The notes below the pieces were generated by a model. It saw only the letters and a program-made list of their open reading frames with translations, was not told the origin of the DNA and made no database searches. From a virus (lineage: Duplodnaviria > Caudoviricetes): a stretch of 64,000 bases of DNA. Each line of letters starts with the position of its first letter. Within the stretch, counting starts at the first letter, position 1. Location: IMG/VR virus record IMGVR_UViG_3300047275_000752, positions 8,399-72,398 of that record; one strand, given 5' to 3'. A program made the position numbers and the translations under genes. This document shows, piece after piece, positions 51,756 to 60,253 of this stretch.

Positions 51756-51831
51756 TGGTGCTCCCTGCGTGGATCGAACACGCCTGAGCCGAATTATGAG
51801 TTCGGAGCATTCACCAGATTGCTAAGGGAGC
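51756..51831 (-). tRNA. tRNA with CAT anticodon (probably Ile2/lysidine type, otherwise Met)
   Basis: GCTCCCT/AGGGAGC acceptor, CTCATAA loop, TTCGATC T-loop, encoded CCA; C4-G69 and C5-G68 fit TilS substrates. Confidence 0.85.
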
Positions 51832-51948
51832 AGCAACAGGCACAGTCTAGCGCCCTCTGTTGATTTTGGCAATGTCTTGGTCTCGTTACCGCCCGTAGAC
51901 AGCCTGCGATGGGCTCCCTAGCATCCTTCTAAGGCCCTATGACCTAAG

Positions 51949-52323
51949 ATGCCCCGTCCAACCAAGCCTCGCCCCTGCCGCCGCCGTCTCCAAGGCCAAC
52001 GTGTGCTCACTTTTGTCGAAAGGTTTAACATTAAAGGCAATGGAGTTACCTCAGTGACAGCCGCAAGGAAATTTGTAACTGCCAATTCGTTGGTCTCACC
52101 TGTTATTATAGATGTTGAAAGGAATAGTTACACTATTGATCACTTCTTTTTGGCCGAAGAAGGTATGTTTGGTTTGTCTTATGTGGAAGTTAACTGGATG
52201 CTTTTCCCATGTTTGAATGAGCTTGTGAAACGAAAAGGCGCAAGCACCTTATTCGGAGACCTGCTGGAACAGGACTGGACTTCCGAGGAGGAATCTTACC
52301 GACCAGAATACGCTTTTATCTAG
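51949..52323 (+). CDS. Hypothetical protein, 124 aa
   Basis: ORF. Confidence 0.45.
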   Translation: MPRPTKPRPCRRRLQGQRVLTFVERFNIKGNGVTSVTAARKFVTANSLVSPVIIDVERNSYTIDHFFLAEEGMFGLSYVEVNWMLFPCLNELVKRKGASTLFGDLLEQDWTSEEESYRPEYAFI

Positions 52324-52331
52324 CGATATTA

Positions 52332-52637
52332 CTACTTCCTAGAAAAGCTGAGCGAAGAAGAGTCGTCATCATCATCCTCAAAAGAGGACGGCTCTTCAAA
52401 CAGTTGACTCATTTTTTCACGAAAAGCCAAATTTTGTAATTTTTGAAAATTGTAATCCTCAAAGGTGGCAACCAGTAACCTTTGACCAGGTGTATAGTCA
52501 GCCATCTCTGGATGACCATTGCTGGGCGGAATGTCAGAGCTTTTGTAATAGCCAAACCTTTCCGTCATCACCATCCAACCCTGAATGCACAGGGACAAAA
52601 AGCTAATAAAAAATACTGATGCAATTAGGAATATCAT
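52332..52637 (-). CDS. DUF2973-like membrane protein
   Basis: N-terminal TM followed by GHPEM...LLVATF; family known from cyanobacteria/cyanophages. Confidence 0.5.
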   Translation of the reverse strand: MIFLIASVFFISFLSLCIQGWMVMTERFGYYKSSDIPPSNGHPEMADYTPGQRLLVATFEDYNFQKLQNLAFREKMSQLFEEPSSFEDDDDDSSSLSFSRK

Positions 52638-52675
52638 AAATTCCTCTTGCATCAGTATTCTTATGTTACCAGGAA

Positions 52676-53062
52676 TTACCGCTTGATCAGCCTATTGCAG
52701 AATGAATAGGGATAGCTGTTGTCATCGCAGTCTTCGGCATAGGTCTTATGACAACAGATTTTATTGATTGCTGTCACATGCAGGCCGAAATCTTCCGCAA
52801 TTCTAAGTTGCGTCTCGCCAAGCTTGTGACGAAGGCGGATTTCATGAATCTGTCGATCACTAAGGAAACCAGACTTGCGTCCACGCTTAATTGGATCCTT
52901 CTCGAACGGAGGCCTGCGCATTACTCTGCGGATAACCTTGCCTGGTGTTGTAAGAGAGACATTGGTAATCCTAGCGATGCTGTCATAATCGTAACCTTGA
53001 CACCTTAAATCCCAAATCCTGTCTTCTTTGGGAATGGAGACACGTCCTCTGCGTCGGGTCAT
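52676..53062 (-). CDS. Double HTH DNA-binding protein
   Basis: LRCQGYDYDSIARITNVS and LSDRQIHEIR...QLRIAEDFGLHVTAINKI. Confidence 0.6.
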   Translation of the reverse strand: MTRRRGRVSIPKEDRIWDLRCQGYDYDSIARITNVSLTTPGKVIRRVMRRPPFEKDPIKRGRKSGFLSDRQIHEIRLRHKLGETQLRIAEDFGLHVTAINKICCHKTYAEDCDDNSYPYSFCNRLIKR

Positions 53063-53212
53063 GATGGGTCGATAGGTGCTGACCGTGTACTGGTGTATCT
53101 TAGATGATTTCAGTCCGAATGCAACCTGTTTGGTGTGTAACGATTTATTACGAAAAGAAGAAGCTGGCGTCTGTGGTATTAAAATAAGATGTCGCTTAAT
53201 CCAATCCTGTAA

Positions 53213-53488
53213 ATGCCCAAGAGAGTTGCGATGGCACTTGTCACAATGCTGGCATTCACTCCAGTGTCAGCATCCGCCCAGTGGGCGCAGACATGTACTC
53301 GTGATCCAAATTCTAGTGTAAACCTGCGTTCTGGTCCTAGTCGCAATCATAGCGTCATTGCCTCGATTCCGCCCAATACTTACGTCAGGGCAATGACTTG
53401 GGTATGGGGTGGCGATGGCATGAAGTGGTATCGAGTAGAAGCAAATGGCCTTGTTGGTTGGCAGCGCCAGGATTTCCTATGTGTTTAA
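53213..53488 (+). CDS. Secreted bacterial SH3 (SH3b) domain protein
   Basis: Signal peptide; VNLRSGPS...WYRVEANGLVGW. Confidence 0.8.
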   Translation: MPKRVAMALVTMLAFTPVSASAQWAQTCTRDPNSSVNLRSGPSRNHSVIASIPPNTYVRAMTWVWGGDGMKWYRVEANGLVGWQRQDFLCV

Positions 53489-53514
53489 CCGATTTTCAGG
53501 CTACCGCTTGAATT

Positions 53515-53985
53515 ATGAATCAATCAGCCAATGTCAGTCAACAGTCCAAGCCTCGTGAGATTACGATTAAAATCCCTCGCTTACCAAAGGACAATGTCGT
53601 CATCATGGCAGGCATAATAGGCTTTTTGATTGCATTTATTTTTGGTTCATTCGTCCTAAAGGAATTAAATGAATTAAAGCAACAGCAGAAGACTTCAGAA
53701 GAGCGCATCAAGAAGGAGGTCTTAATGCCAGGAGGTACAACTGAATACAAGACCGAATTCAAGCCAGATCCATCGAGGGACACAGCAAAGGACCTAGTGA
53801 CCGAACCAGTCGACAGCAGACCAACATCCGCTGTCGAGAATGTCACTCCAACTCCAGTCATTAAAGACAGCAGGCCGCAGTCAGTCCCAGCGCCTCCCCC
53901 ACCAACTCGTCTAGGTCCTGGTAATTTTGACGGCGGCTATACTCCGTCGTATAGCGGAAACCGGACCGGTCCGGGCAACATGTAA
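53515..53985 (+). CDS. Single-pass membrane protein with Pro-rich tail ending LGPGNF/GPGNM
   Basis: TM VVIMAGIIGFLIAFIFGSFV; the LGPGN motif is shared with the next gene. Confidence 0.55.
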   Translation: MNQSANVSQQSKPREITIKIPRLPKDNVVIMAGIIGFLIAFIFGSFVLKELNELKQQQKTSEERIKKEVLMPGGTTEYKTEFKPDPSRDTAKDLVTEPVDSRPTSAVENVTPTPVIKDSRPQSVPAPPPPTRLGPGNFDGGYTPSYSGNRTGPGNM

Positions 53986-53988
53986 CCA

Positions 53989-54750
53989 ATGAAAACCAAC
54001 AAAACCAAAGTGATAGCAGTTCTTGCGTTTGGAGCTGGTGCCGTGGCTTATACCGCTGCATCGATAAAAAACGAAACAATCAGACAACAAGAAGCCAGGT
54101 ATCAGCAAATGGTTCTTTTGGCAATGCAAACAGATAACCCAAGCCCGATTCAGCAAGTTGACTCATTGGGGCCAGGTAATCTGGTACCGCTTGAGCAATT
54201 ACCAGTTGATGCTACTCCAACACCAGGATATACGAGCCAACCAGGCTCAGCTCCGAAGAAGATTATTTACAAGCCAACAGCTCCGGCAGTACCAGTCAAG
54301 CCGGTATTCTCGATTATCGTTGAACGTACTAACGAAAAACTAGATCAGACTGGCGACCCGATTTGGAAAGTAGCCCTAGTCGACAATTCTGGCAAAGAAC
54401 TGGATGCCCTTAAAGCCTTATCTGGCAGAGCCTCAAAACAAAAGGCAAATCGTAATCAAGGGGGCAATAAATCTCCTTTACCTGGCGGTATCTACGCCAT
54501 TGATGTTAGCGGCATTGAGCGCGGGCCTTTTGGCGACCCCGAACTTGGTCATGGATATTGGGTGCCTATTTCACCGCTTTTTAACACAGGACGTTCTGCT
54601 CTTGGATTTCACCAAGACCCATCATGGGGCAAGGTAAATGGAGAATCTGGCACTTCTGGTTGCGTTGGCCTAGAAAGTCCAGAAGCGACATCAAAACTGG
54701 TTAACTGGATCAGAACTTATCAGGTCAACAAAGTAATTGTCGCTTCCTGA
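53989..54750 (+). CDS. L,D-transpeptidase (YkuD) family protein, membrane-anchored
   Basis: SPLPGGIY...LGFH...SGTSGCVGL (H...SxGC catalytic motif); N-terminal TM. Confidence 0.75.
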   Translation: MKTNKTKVIAVLAFGAGAVAYTAASIKNETIRQQEARYQQMVLLAMQTDNPSPIQQVDSLGPGNLVPLEQLPVDATPTPGYTSQPGSAPKKIIYKPTAPAVPVKPVFSIIVERTNEKLDQTGDPIWKVALVDNSGKELDALKALSGRASKQKANRNQGGNKSPLPGGIYAIDVSGIERGPFGDPELGHGYWVPISPLFNTGRSALGFHQDPSWGKVNGESGTSGCVGLESPEATSKLVNWIRTYQVNKVIVAS

Positions 54751-54768
54751 AAAGTAAAGAAAGAATTA

Positions 54769-54799
54769 CCTGGGGGCGACCAACCCCCAGGATTTTTTT
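54769..54799. terminator. Bidirectional intrinsic terminator
   Basis: CCTGGGGG-N7-CCCCCAGG, with T7 on the + side and a T-rich tail on the - side. Confidence 0.8.
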
Positions 54800-55728
54800 G
54801 TGGGTCCCATCCCCACTAGATCCGTCAATGAGGTTAACGAATGCAACCCTCCCGTACTACCGGAAGAACGTACCCAAGTGATTACGGTCAGAGGGCACTC
54901 GGGAAGACCTCAGGCATCTTGCCGTATCGAACGGCATTTCTATGCTATGTGCATAGCGTGTTCCTTACACTAAGATGCAGGGACCCCTCGGTTTGAGCAT
55001 CATTCCTGGAACCATTTTGTCGGCGCCAACAAAATCGTTCCTATTTGGAAGCTAAGCTTGAGGGGTATTCTTACGTGTTGCCAAGCCGCAAGGCTTGACT
55101 CGCTTCAGGGCTTTACACATAAGGGTGGTAGCAGGAGGTGGGGAGCGACATGTGTATCACCCCACTCTTTCACTTCATCTAGCCGTATGGACCGACCAGC
55201 GAGAGGTGTTACACATCCTGCTAATGTTGCGGGGGTGATCAATCCCCCGGCCTGGTTACCCAGGACTTAGCCCGATACGACGACCGGAGATTTCCAGTCC
55301 TTGCAGAGCGGGGGTTGGTGCCGGTTTCCATTTATACCACCCAGAACTACGGAAACCGGTCAAATGGCATCCTGGGATAACCTCGTTCTCCCTTGGGGGC
55401 ACCCGTAGGCGTCCGGGACGGTGATTGCCGACCGCAACTTGCACAGGGAAGGATAACCCTCACCAACGGAGGATCCCAGAACCTGGCAAACCATACCGAC
55501 AGAGCAGTATGGGAATTTAGGATGACCCAGGTGTGCCCTTTTGGGGCAGGGACCTGGACTCTATCCATATCTGCGTGGAAAGCTTTATCCAAAGGACTAA
55601 GAGGCTTAAACTCCGCAGATTGTTGCCAATAGCCCCTCTTACTTCCCCAAAAAGCAGGAAAGTGCAGGCATCGAACCTGCAATGGCCGGTCCCGAGGAAC
55701 CGCCGGGAATTCCACCCGGAACACTCTC
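54800..55728 (-). ncRNA. Large structured ncRNA (~930 nt), GOLLD-like or new class
   Basis: No credible ORF; many 6-9 bp nested helices, pseudoknot candidates, a GNRA loop and two tRNA-like domains; flanked by TGGTATAAT and a terminator. Confidence 0.75.
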
Positions 55729-55740
55729 ATTATACCAAAA

Positions 55741-55814
<74 letters not shown>

Positions 55815-55838
55815 AATTAGCCTCATTAGTATAACCCC

Positions 55839-56366
55839 CTACAGCCCCCTGTTCAGCATTTCTTCACGAATATACTCCCAATTGATTGGTCGATAGTTCG
55901 TGTGTTCTACGCAAACGCAGAAATACCTGGGATCAGGTGTTTGATCTGTTTTCAGTACGGATCTATAATGCAAATGACCATGAATATTTCCTCTATAGCG
56001 ACTCAAATTGCATTCATGCACTGGTATATGCGTCAGGATATACTGATCAAGATAATGACAACCTCTGACATCAGCGAAGTATTTGGTGTAATCGGTCAGC
56101 TTAAAAATATCATGATTTCCTCTAATTAATATCTTTCTTCCATTCAACTTTTCTAAACAACGTAGTCCACGCCTTGGAATTGCTACATCACCAAGGTGAT
56201 AGACTCTATCGTCGGGCGAGACTACACTGTTCCAATTATCGATTAATTGCTCATCCATTTCATAAACATCATCCCAAGGCCTGAGCTTGGAGCCATCGTC
56301 GCGTGTGAATTTGCACACATTTGTGTGTCCAAAATGAGTATCAGAAATTAAGAATGTCTTAGTCAT
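55839..56366 (-). CDS. Calcineurin-like metallophosphoesterase
   Basis: SDTHFGH, YHLGDV, RGNHD, LTHIP, HGHLH. Confidence 0.9.
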   Translation of the reverse strand: MTKTFLISDTHFGHTNVCKFTRDDGSKLRPWDDVYEMDEQLIDNWNSVVSPDDRVYHLGDVAIPRRGLRCLEKLNGRKILIRGNHDIFKLTDYTKYFADVRGCHYLDQYILTHIPVHECNLSRYRGNIHGHLHYRSVLKTDQTPDPRYFCVCVEHTNYRPINWEYIREEMLNRGL

Positions 56367-56466
56367 CTGTCTGAACTGGTCTTTTGCATTGTACCTTACA
56401 AAATACAACGGCGCCTTTGTCGGTCAGCTTATCGGCACTAGCATGGTATCGCATCGATACATTTCA

Positions 56467-56649
56467 ATGAATTTAGTTCGTCGTGAACGCTCCCTAGTGC
56501 CTCAACATCAGTTTGAGGCCAGGTACCGGTTGCATGGTCAGAGCTTGGTTACAAAAATTAAGGCCGGCAGCCCCTACGAAGTGTGGCTAATTGTTAAGAG
56601 CCTGTATCCAATGGCCTGTATCACCACCATCCTGATAAAGGCCATCTAA
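56467..56649 (+). CDS. Hypothetical protein, ~60 aa
   Basis: ORF; start uncertain. Confidence 0.35.
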   Translation: MNLVRRERSLVPQHQFEARYRLHGQSLVTKIKAGSPYEVWLIVKSLYPMACITTILIKAI

Positions 56650-56675
56650 TTATCATCCAATGAAATCTAAAGAAA

Positions 56676-56912
56676 ATGAGTGATTTGATTGACGCGACTG
56701 CATCACTAGTCTCTACTTCTGGTGCCGATCCATGGGTCACGGCTATTTCAATACTGAAGGCCGTCTCAGCCAGCCTTAGAATGGCGGCAGAACTTGAGCA
56801 GCGACCAGGAATAGCTGCTTCTGCTGATTGGATTGATTCACAAGTCAAGACCTTTAAGTCTTACAACGATGTACCTAGTCTCCTGCCCATCCGAAATGAA
56901 TCATCAACCTGA
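56676..56912 (+). CDS. Hypothetical protein, 78 aa
   Basis: ORF. Confidence 0.45.
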   Translation: MSDLIDATASLVSTSGADPWVTAISILKAVSASLRMAAELEQRPGIAASADWIDSQVKTFKSYNDVPSLLPIRNESST

Positions 56913-57255
56913 AGACACCGATTTTTCAGCGGAGCTTGCCGAAATTATCGAGTTCAACTTGATGGGTATTGAAACCATCAAGGGCAAACCATGGAAAGAG
57001 TACGCAGCAGAAATGCTTAACAAGTACCACAGAAACTGTATGATGCCAATAGTTGAATACCGACCGCTTTGGAGGGTTCTGTATGAGTCATACTGCAAGA
57101 TGGATAAATCCTTTTCGCCAAATATTGTCTTCATGCAGCTAATAAAGTCTTTCAAGGATAAAATAGACGACGATTTCCCCGTGGACGAGATCGACAAAGA
57201 TGTGTTTATGGATTATCTGGCAAAGGAAGTAGAAAAAGCAATGGAGTGCGAATGA
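56896..57255 (+). CDS. Hypothetical acidic protein, 119 aa
   Basis: ORF overlapping previous end. Confidence 0.45.
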   Translation: MNHQPEDTDFSAELAEIIEFNLMGIETIKGKPWKEYAAEMLNKYHRNCMMPIVEYRPLWRVLYESYCKMDKSFSPNIVFMQLIKSFKDKIDDDFPVDEIDKDVFMDYLAKEVEKAMECE

Positions 57256-57461
57256 TGACAACATACAACCCAGAAGCTCCTATCCAAGACCCGCCTTGCT
57301 GCCCGGCATGGAAGAATATCAGAAATGACGTGCTGTGGCACCAACAACAGGGTGATCCTGATACACTGTGTAAGCCATGCTTCAGATCCGGTTGGAGGGT
57401 GAATTATTGCCCATCATGCGGAACTTACATTGGCAATACCACATGGAGGATCAGCCCTTGA
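57246..57461 (+). CDS. Small Cys-rich Zn-binding protein
   Basis: CC...C..C...YCPSCG. Confidence 0.5.
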   Translation: MRMMTTYNPEAPIQDPPCCPAWKNIRNDVLWHQQQGDPDTLCKPCFRSGWRVNYCPSCGTYIGNTTWRISP

Positions 57462-57742
57462 AGCCCGATCGGAAATTTTCGCCACCACCAGAGGAGTTGA
57501 TGTATCGCTGGATGGAGGAGTCCAGGTCTAGGCCGACTCCAGAGGCCGCTTCAAACTATATTGCATACAAGGCGTCAGAATGGGGATTTAATGACGCCTT
57601 GTCTCCAGATCCAAATAGCCTAAAAAGCAAGGCTTTAAGGTACCTTGACAGGATTGAGCAGCTAGAAGTCGTGTCCATATGGATCGGCAAGGAAGCTATT
57701 ACAATGATTCGCGAAGCATTGAATTCAATTCCTAACAACTGA
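57443..57742 (+). CDS. Hypothetical protein related to the modular family at 60470-61169
   Basis: SPPPEELMYRW...ASEWG...SLKSKALRYL. Confidence 0.5.
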   Translation: MEDQPLKPDRKFSPPPEELMYRWMEESRSRPTPEAASNYIAYKASEWGFNDALSPDPNSLKSKALRYLDRIEQLEVVSIWIGKEAITMIREALNSIPNN

Positions 57743-57743
57743 T

Positions 57744-57911
57744 ATGGCAAGTAAAGTTTACAACCTTGTTTCGGCCAGTGCCTTTATTAGGCTTGCTGAA
57801 ATACTAAAGCAAAACAAAGTAAATTCAATTACGCCAGATCAGTTACAGGAGATGGCTTCTTTGATAATTGATAAAAGCAAAAGCATGGACACAAATGCTA
57901 TCAAACGGTAA
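57744..57911 (+). CDS. Hypothetical protein, 55 aa (not in ORF track)
   Basis: ATG one base after the previous stop. Confidence 0.4.
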   Translation: MASKVYNLVSASAFIRLAEILKQNKVNSITPDQLQEMASLIIDKSKSMDTNAIKR

Positions 57912-57935
57912 CATATATGGACTTGTACTGAGTAA

Positions 57936-58250
57936 ATGCTGTCGACTAACCTTCGCCTGAGGGCTGAATTTATATGTGACCGCATATCAAGAAGCGCACC
58001 AGTTGAGCTAGTCGATATGGCCTGGTTACAAAAATTGGCATCCAGAAATCCTACGGTGGATTCAATGCTCAGGAAAGCCCGCAGGACGGCTATTTATGGT
58101 GACATGAACCAGGACTCACTGGATGGCCTTTGTCATTCGATGGATATTGGTGAACCAGATCCAAGTGATCACTTAACTGGCGCACAAGACCCAGTAACAC
58201 TGGCAGAATGGTTTATTTCCAGACAGAAGTGGTTCAGGGGGCATTCTTAG
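57936..58250 (+). CDS. Hypothetical protein, 104 aa
   Basis: MLSTNLRLRAEFIC...WLQKLA...MLRKARR. Confidence 0.5.
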   Translation: MLSTNLRLRAEFICDRISRSAPVELVDMAWLQKLASRNPTVDSMLRKARRTAIYGDMNQDSLDGLCHSMDIGEPDPSDHLTGAQDPVTLAEWFISRQKWFRGHS

Positions 58251-58312
58251 GCGGATATAAGCTTGCCTAATGCATCGCAAGCGATCGATCAGCTACGCCG
58301 ATCACCAAGAGA

Positions 58313-58341
58313 TTGACACCGGCTGATCGCCTCGATATTAT
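58313..58341 (+). promoter_or_regulatory. Consensus sigma-70 promoter upstream of the ligase/early operon
   Basis: TTGACA-N17-TATTAT. Confidence 0.75.
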
Positions 58342-58366
58342 GGTCAAGTAACCAAAGGTATCCACC

Positions 58367-59266
58367 ATGCCTCAGCTCACAAAACCAATGCTCGCTGGGA
58401 CCTATGACGCCTCTAAGGCGAGGTTTCCATATATGGCGACTCCCAAGATCGACGGCATCCGCTTCGTCATGGTCAATGGCATTGCACTGAGTCGTTCGTT
58501 CAAGCCCATCCGTAACGCCCATGTACAAGCCACGCTGCGCCAGTGGCTACCAGACGGCACTGATGGCGAATTGACTTGTGGCGACACGTTTCAATCGTCA
58601 TCTTCGGCTATTATGTCCGCCGATGGCACGCCCGATTTCCACTGCTGGATATTTGATTTCGTTAACCCCAGCTCTGAGTACATTGACCCCTATTGTGAGC
58701 GGATCAATGATCCAGTTCTGACAAGTCTGGAGGTTGAACACGCCCAGGATCCGACGACCTTTGGCCTGACTATCCTGAGGCCCGAGTTAGTGCATGATGA
58801 ATCACAGCTCCGGGTTATCGAAGAGCAATACCTGGAAGCCGGCTTTGAAGGCGTCATGGTGCGTGACCCAAACGGTACATACAAGTTTGGTCGCTCAACC
58901 ACCAAAGAAAACATCCTGCTCAAAGTTAAGCGGTTCTTGGACGATGAGGCCATCCTAATTGATGTGCTTGAAAAGCAGCACAACATGAATGAAGCTACAC
59001 AAGATGCCTTTGGTCGCACCAAGCGCTCCACCTGCCAGGACGGGAAGGTTGGGGCTAACACTGCTGGCACCCTGGTTGTACGCAATGCAGATGGACTGGA
59101 GTTTGGAGTTGGAACCGGCCTTGATGATGCCCTACGCGCCCAGATTTGGGCTGATGTAGATGCATACAAAGGAAGACTGGTACGGTTCAAATATTTTCCA
59201 GTTGGCGTCAAAGAAAAGCCACGACACCCTGTTTTCCTGGGTTTCCGTCATGCGGAGGATCTGTGA
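58367..59266 (+). CDS. lig: ATP-dependent DNA ligase
   Basis: TPKIDGIR (KxDG), DGEL, FEGVMVRD, LLKVKR, RHPVFLGFR. Confidence 0.92.
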   Translation: MPQLTKPMLAGTYDASKARFPYMATPKIDGIRFVMVNGIALSRSFKPIRNAHVQATLRQWLPDGTDGELTCGDTFQSSSSAIMSADGTPDFHCWIFDFVNPSSEYIDPYCERINDPVLTSLEVEHAQDPTTFGLTILRPELVHDESQLRVIEEQYLEAGFEGVMVRDPNGTYKFGRSTTKENILLKVKRFLDDEAILIDVLEKQHNMNEATQDAFGRTKRSTCQDGKVGANTAGTLVVRNADGLEFGVGTGLDDALRAQIWADVDAYKGRLVRFKYFPVGVKEKPRHPVFLGFRHAEDL

Positions 59267-59556
59267 TAGCCAATTCCAAACGCCTTGACATCAAGGAAAT
59301 TCTTTCTGATCCAGAACTGAGGAAAGAATTAGTTGAAGGTGCTACGGATTTCATCTGTAAGGTTGAAGGGGTCAGATCTGATGAAGACAGTCTGGCGTTG
59401 CGTGTGCAGCGTCTAGAATCCATGTACGAAACCGCTCGGGAGGCACTTTTGGACGCATATCGGCAGATTGATGACCTGAAACAGCGTATCGATCGACATT
59501 ACATCAAGATTCACATCCTGGAAGAAATTATTGAACTAGGTGGTGTTGACCAATGA
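59263..59556 (+). CDS. Hypothetical coiled-coil protein, 97 aa
   Basis: Coupled ORF. Confidence 0.45.
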   Translation: MIANSKRLDIKEILSDPELRKELVEGATDFICKVEGVRSDEDSLALRVQRLESMYETAREALLDAYRQIDDLKQRIDRHYIKIHILEEIIELGGVDQ

Positions 59557-59852
59557 CTAATGCCGATCAAGAGCTATTGATTGATCACGTCATCGAAGAG
59601 TTCGATTTTGACATGGTTCATAAAGCCATGCGGCTGCTGGACTGGCACTGGATGACGACTCGCGGCAATGGCTTTGAGGTGCCATCCAAGGAACAATTGA
59701 TCGCCTCTGCTCGTCAGCGGCTACGCAGTTCTGTGAAAAGCGGTTACTGTGCATCAGGTGGCCTGGTGGCACGTTACCATCCAGCAACCAAAAAAGACGG
59801 CGAATGGTTTAGCTTGGAGTTTGTTCTTTGTTCCGCTGACAACTATGACTGA
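59553..59852 (+). CDS. Hypothetical protein, 99 aa
   Basis: FDFDMVHKAM..LDWHW; SGG. Confidence 0.5.
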   Translation: MTNADQELLIDHVIEEFDFDMVHKAMRLLDWHWMTTRGNGFEVPSKEQLIASARQRLRSSVKSGYCASGGLVARYHPATKKDGEWFSLEFVLCSADNYD

Positions 59853-60045
59853 ACCGTTATGGCGTCGCATCGGTGGCAATACGGGTCCATACGATCTCGG
59901 TCCCCGTGAAATTGCTAACATTTTAAACTTGATCGCTGATGAAGTTGAACGTCGCGGTGATATTGACTATGACCGCGATCCAGGCGAAACATCAGACTGG
60001 TTAAGAGCCGAAGCCAAGCAAGCGCTAAAGGATTTCAATGACTGA
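59845..60045 (+). CDS. Hypothetical protein, 66 aa (paralogue of 63047-63283)
   Basis: MTEPLW...DPGETSDWLRAEA. Confidence 0.5.
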   Translation: MTEPLWRRIGGNTGPYDLGPREIANILNLIADEVERRGDIDYDRDPGETSDWLRAEAKQALKDFND

Positions 60046-60253
60046 CATCACCACCTACAAGCTCGATGCGGCATTCGCCTCTCTGCGATGCTTTGATTAT
60101 TGTGCCAAATCAGATGACTTTATCGAAGTGTCTTTATGGCATAACGGTGAAGGTTTTGATGTTCATTTAAGTGGCCATTCTGAACAGTCCTTTAAGTTAA
60201 CCTGGGGCGAATTTAAGGCACTCAAGAAACTGGTAAAAGAATTAGATAAATGA
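60038..60253 (+). CDS. Hypothetical protein, 71 aa
   Basis: Coupled ORF. Confidence 0.5.
   Translation: MTDITTYKLDAAFASLRCFDYCAKSDDFIEVSLWHNGEGFDVHLSGHSEQSFKLTWGEFKALKKLVKELDK

Noticed and set aside
55168-55182. Hammerhead-like core (CTAGATGA...GAAA, minus strand)
   Set aside because: The core is not CUGANGA and there is no room for stem II between the two motifs.
54800-55728. Large RNA as group I/II intron, tmRNA or RNase P RNA
   Set aside because: It interrupts no gene. I found no GUGYG start or domain V, no group I P7 elements, no tmRNA GGGGC...CCA ends or tag frame, and no GAGGAAAGUCC. This was checked by eye only, so cmscan is still needed.
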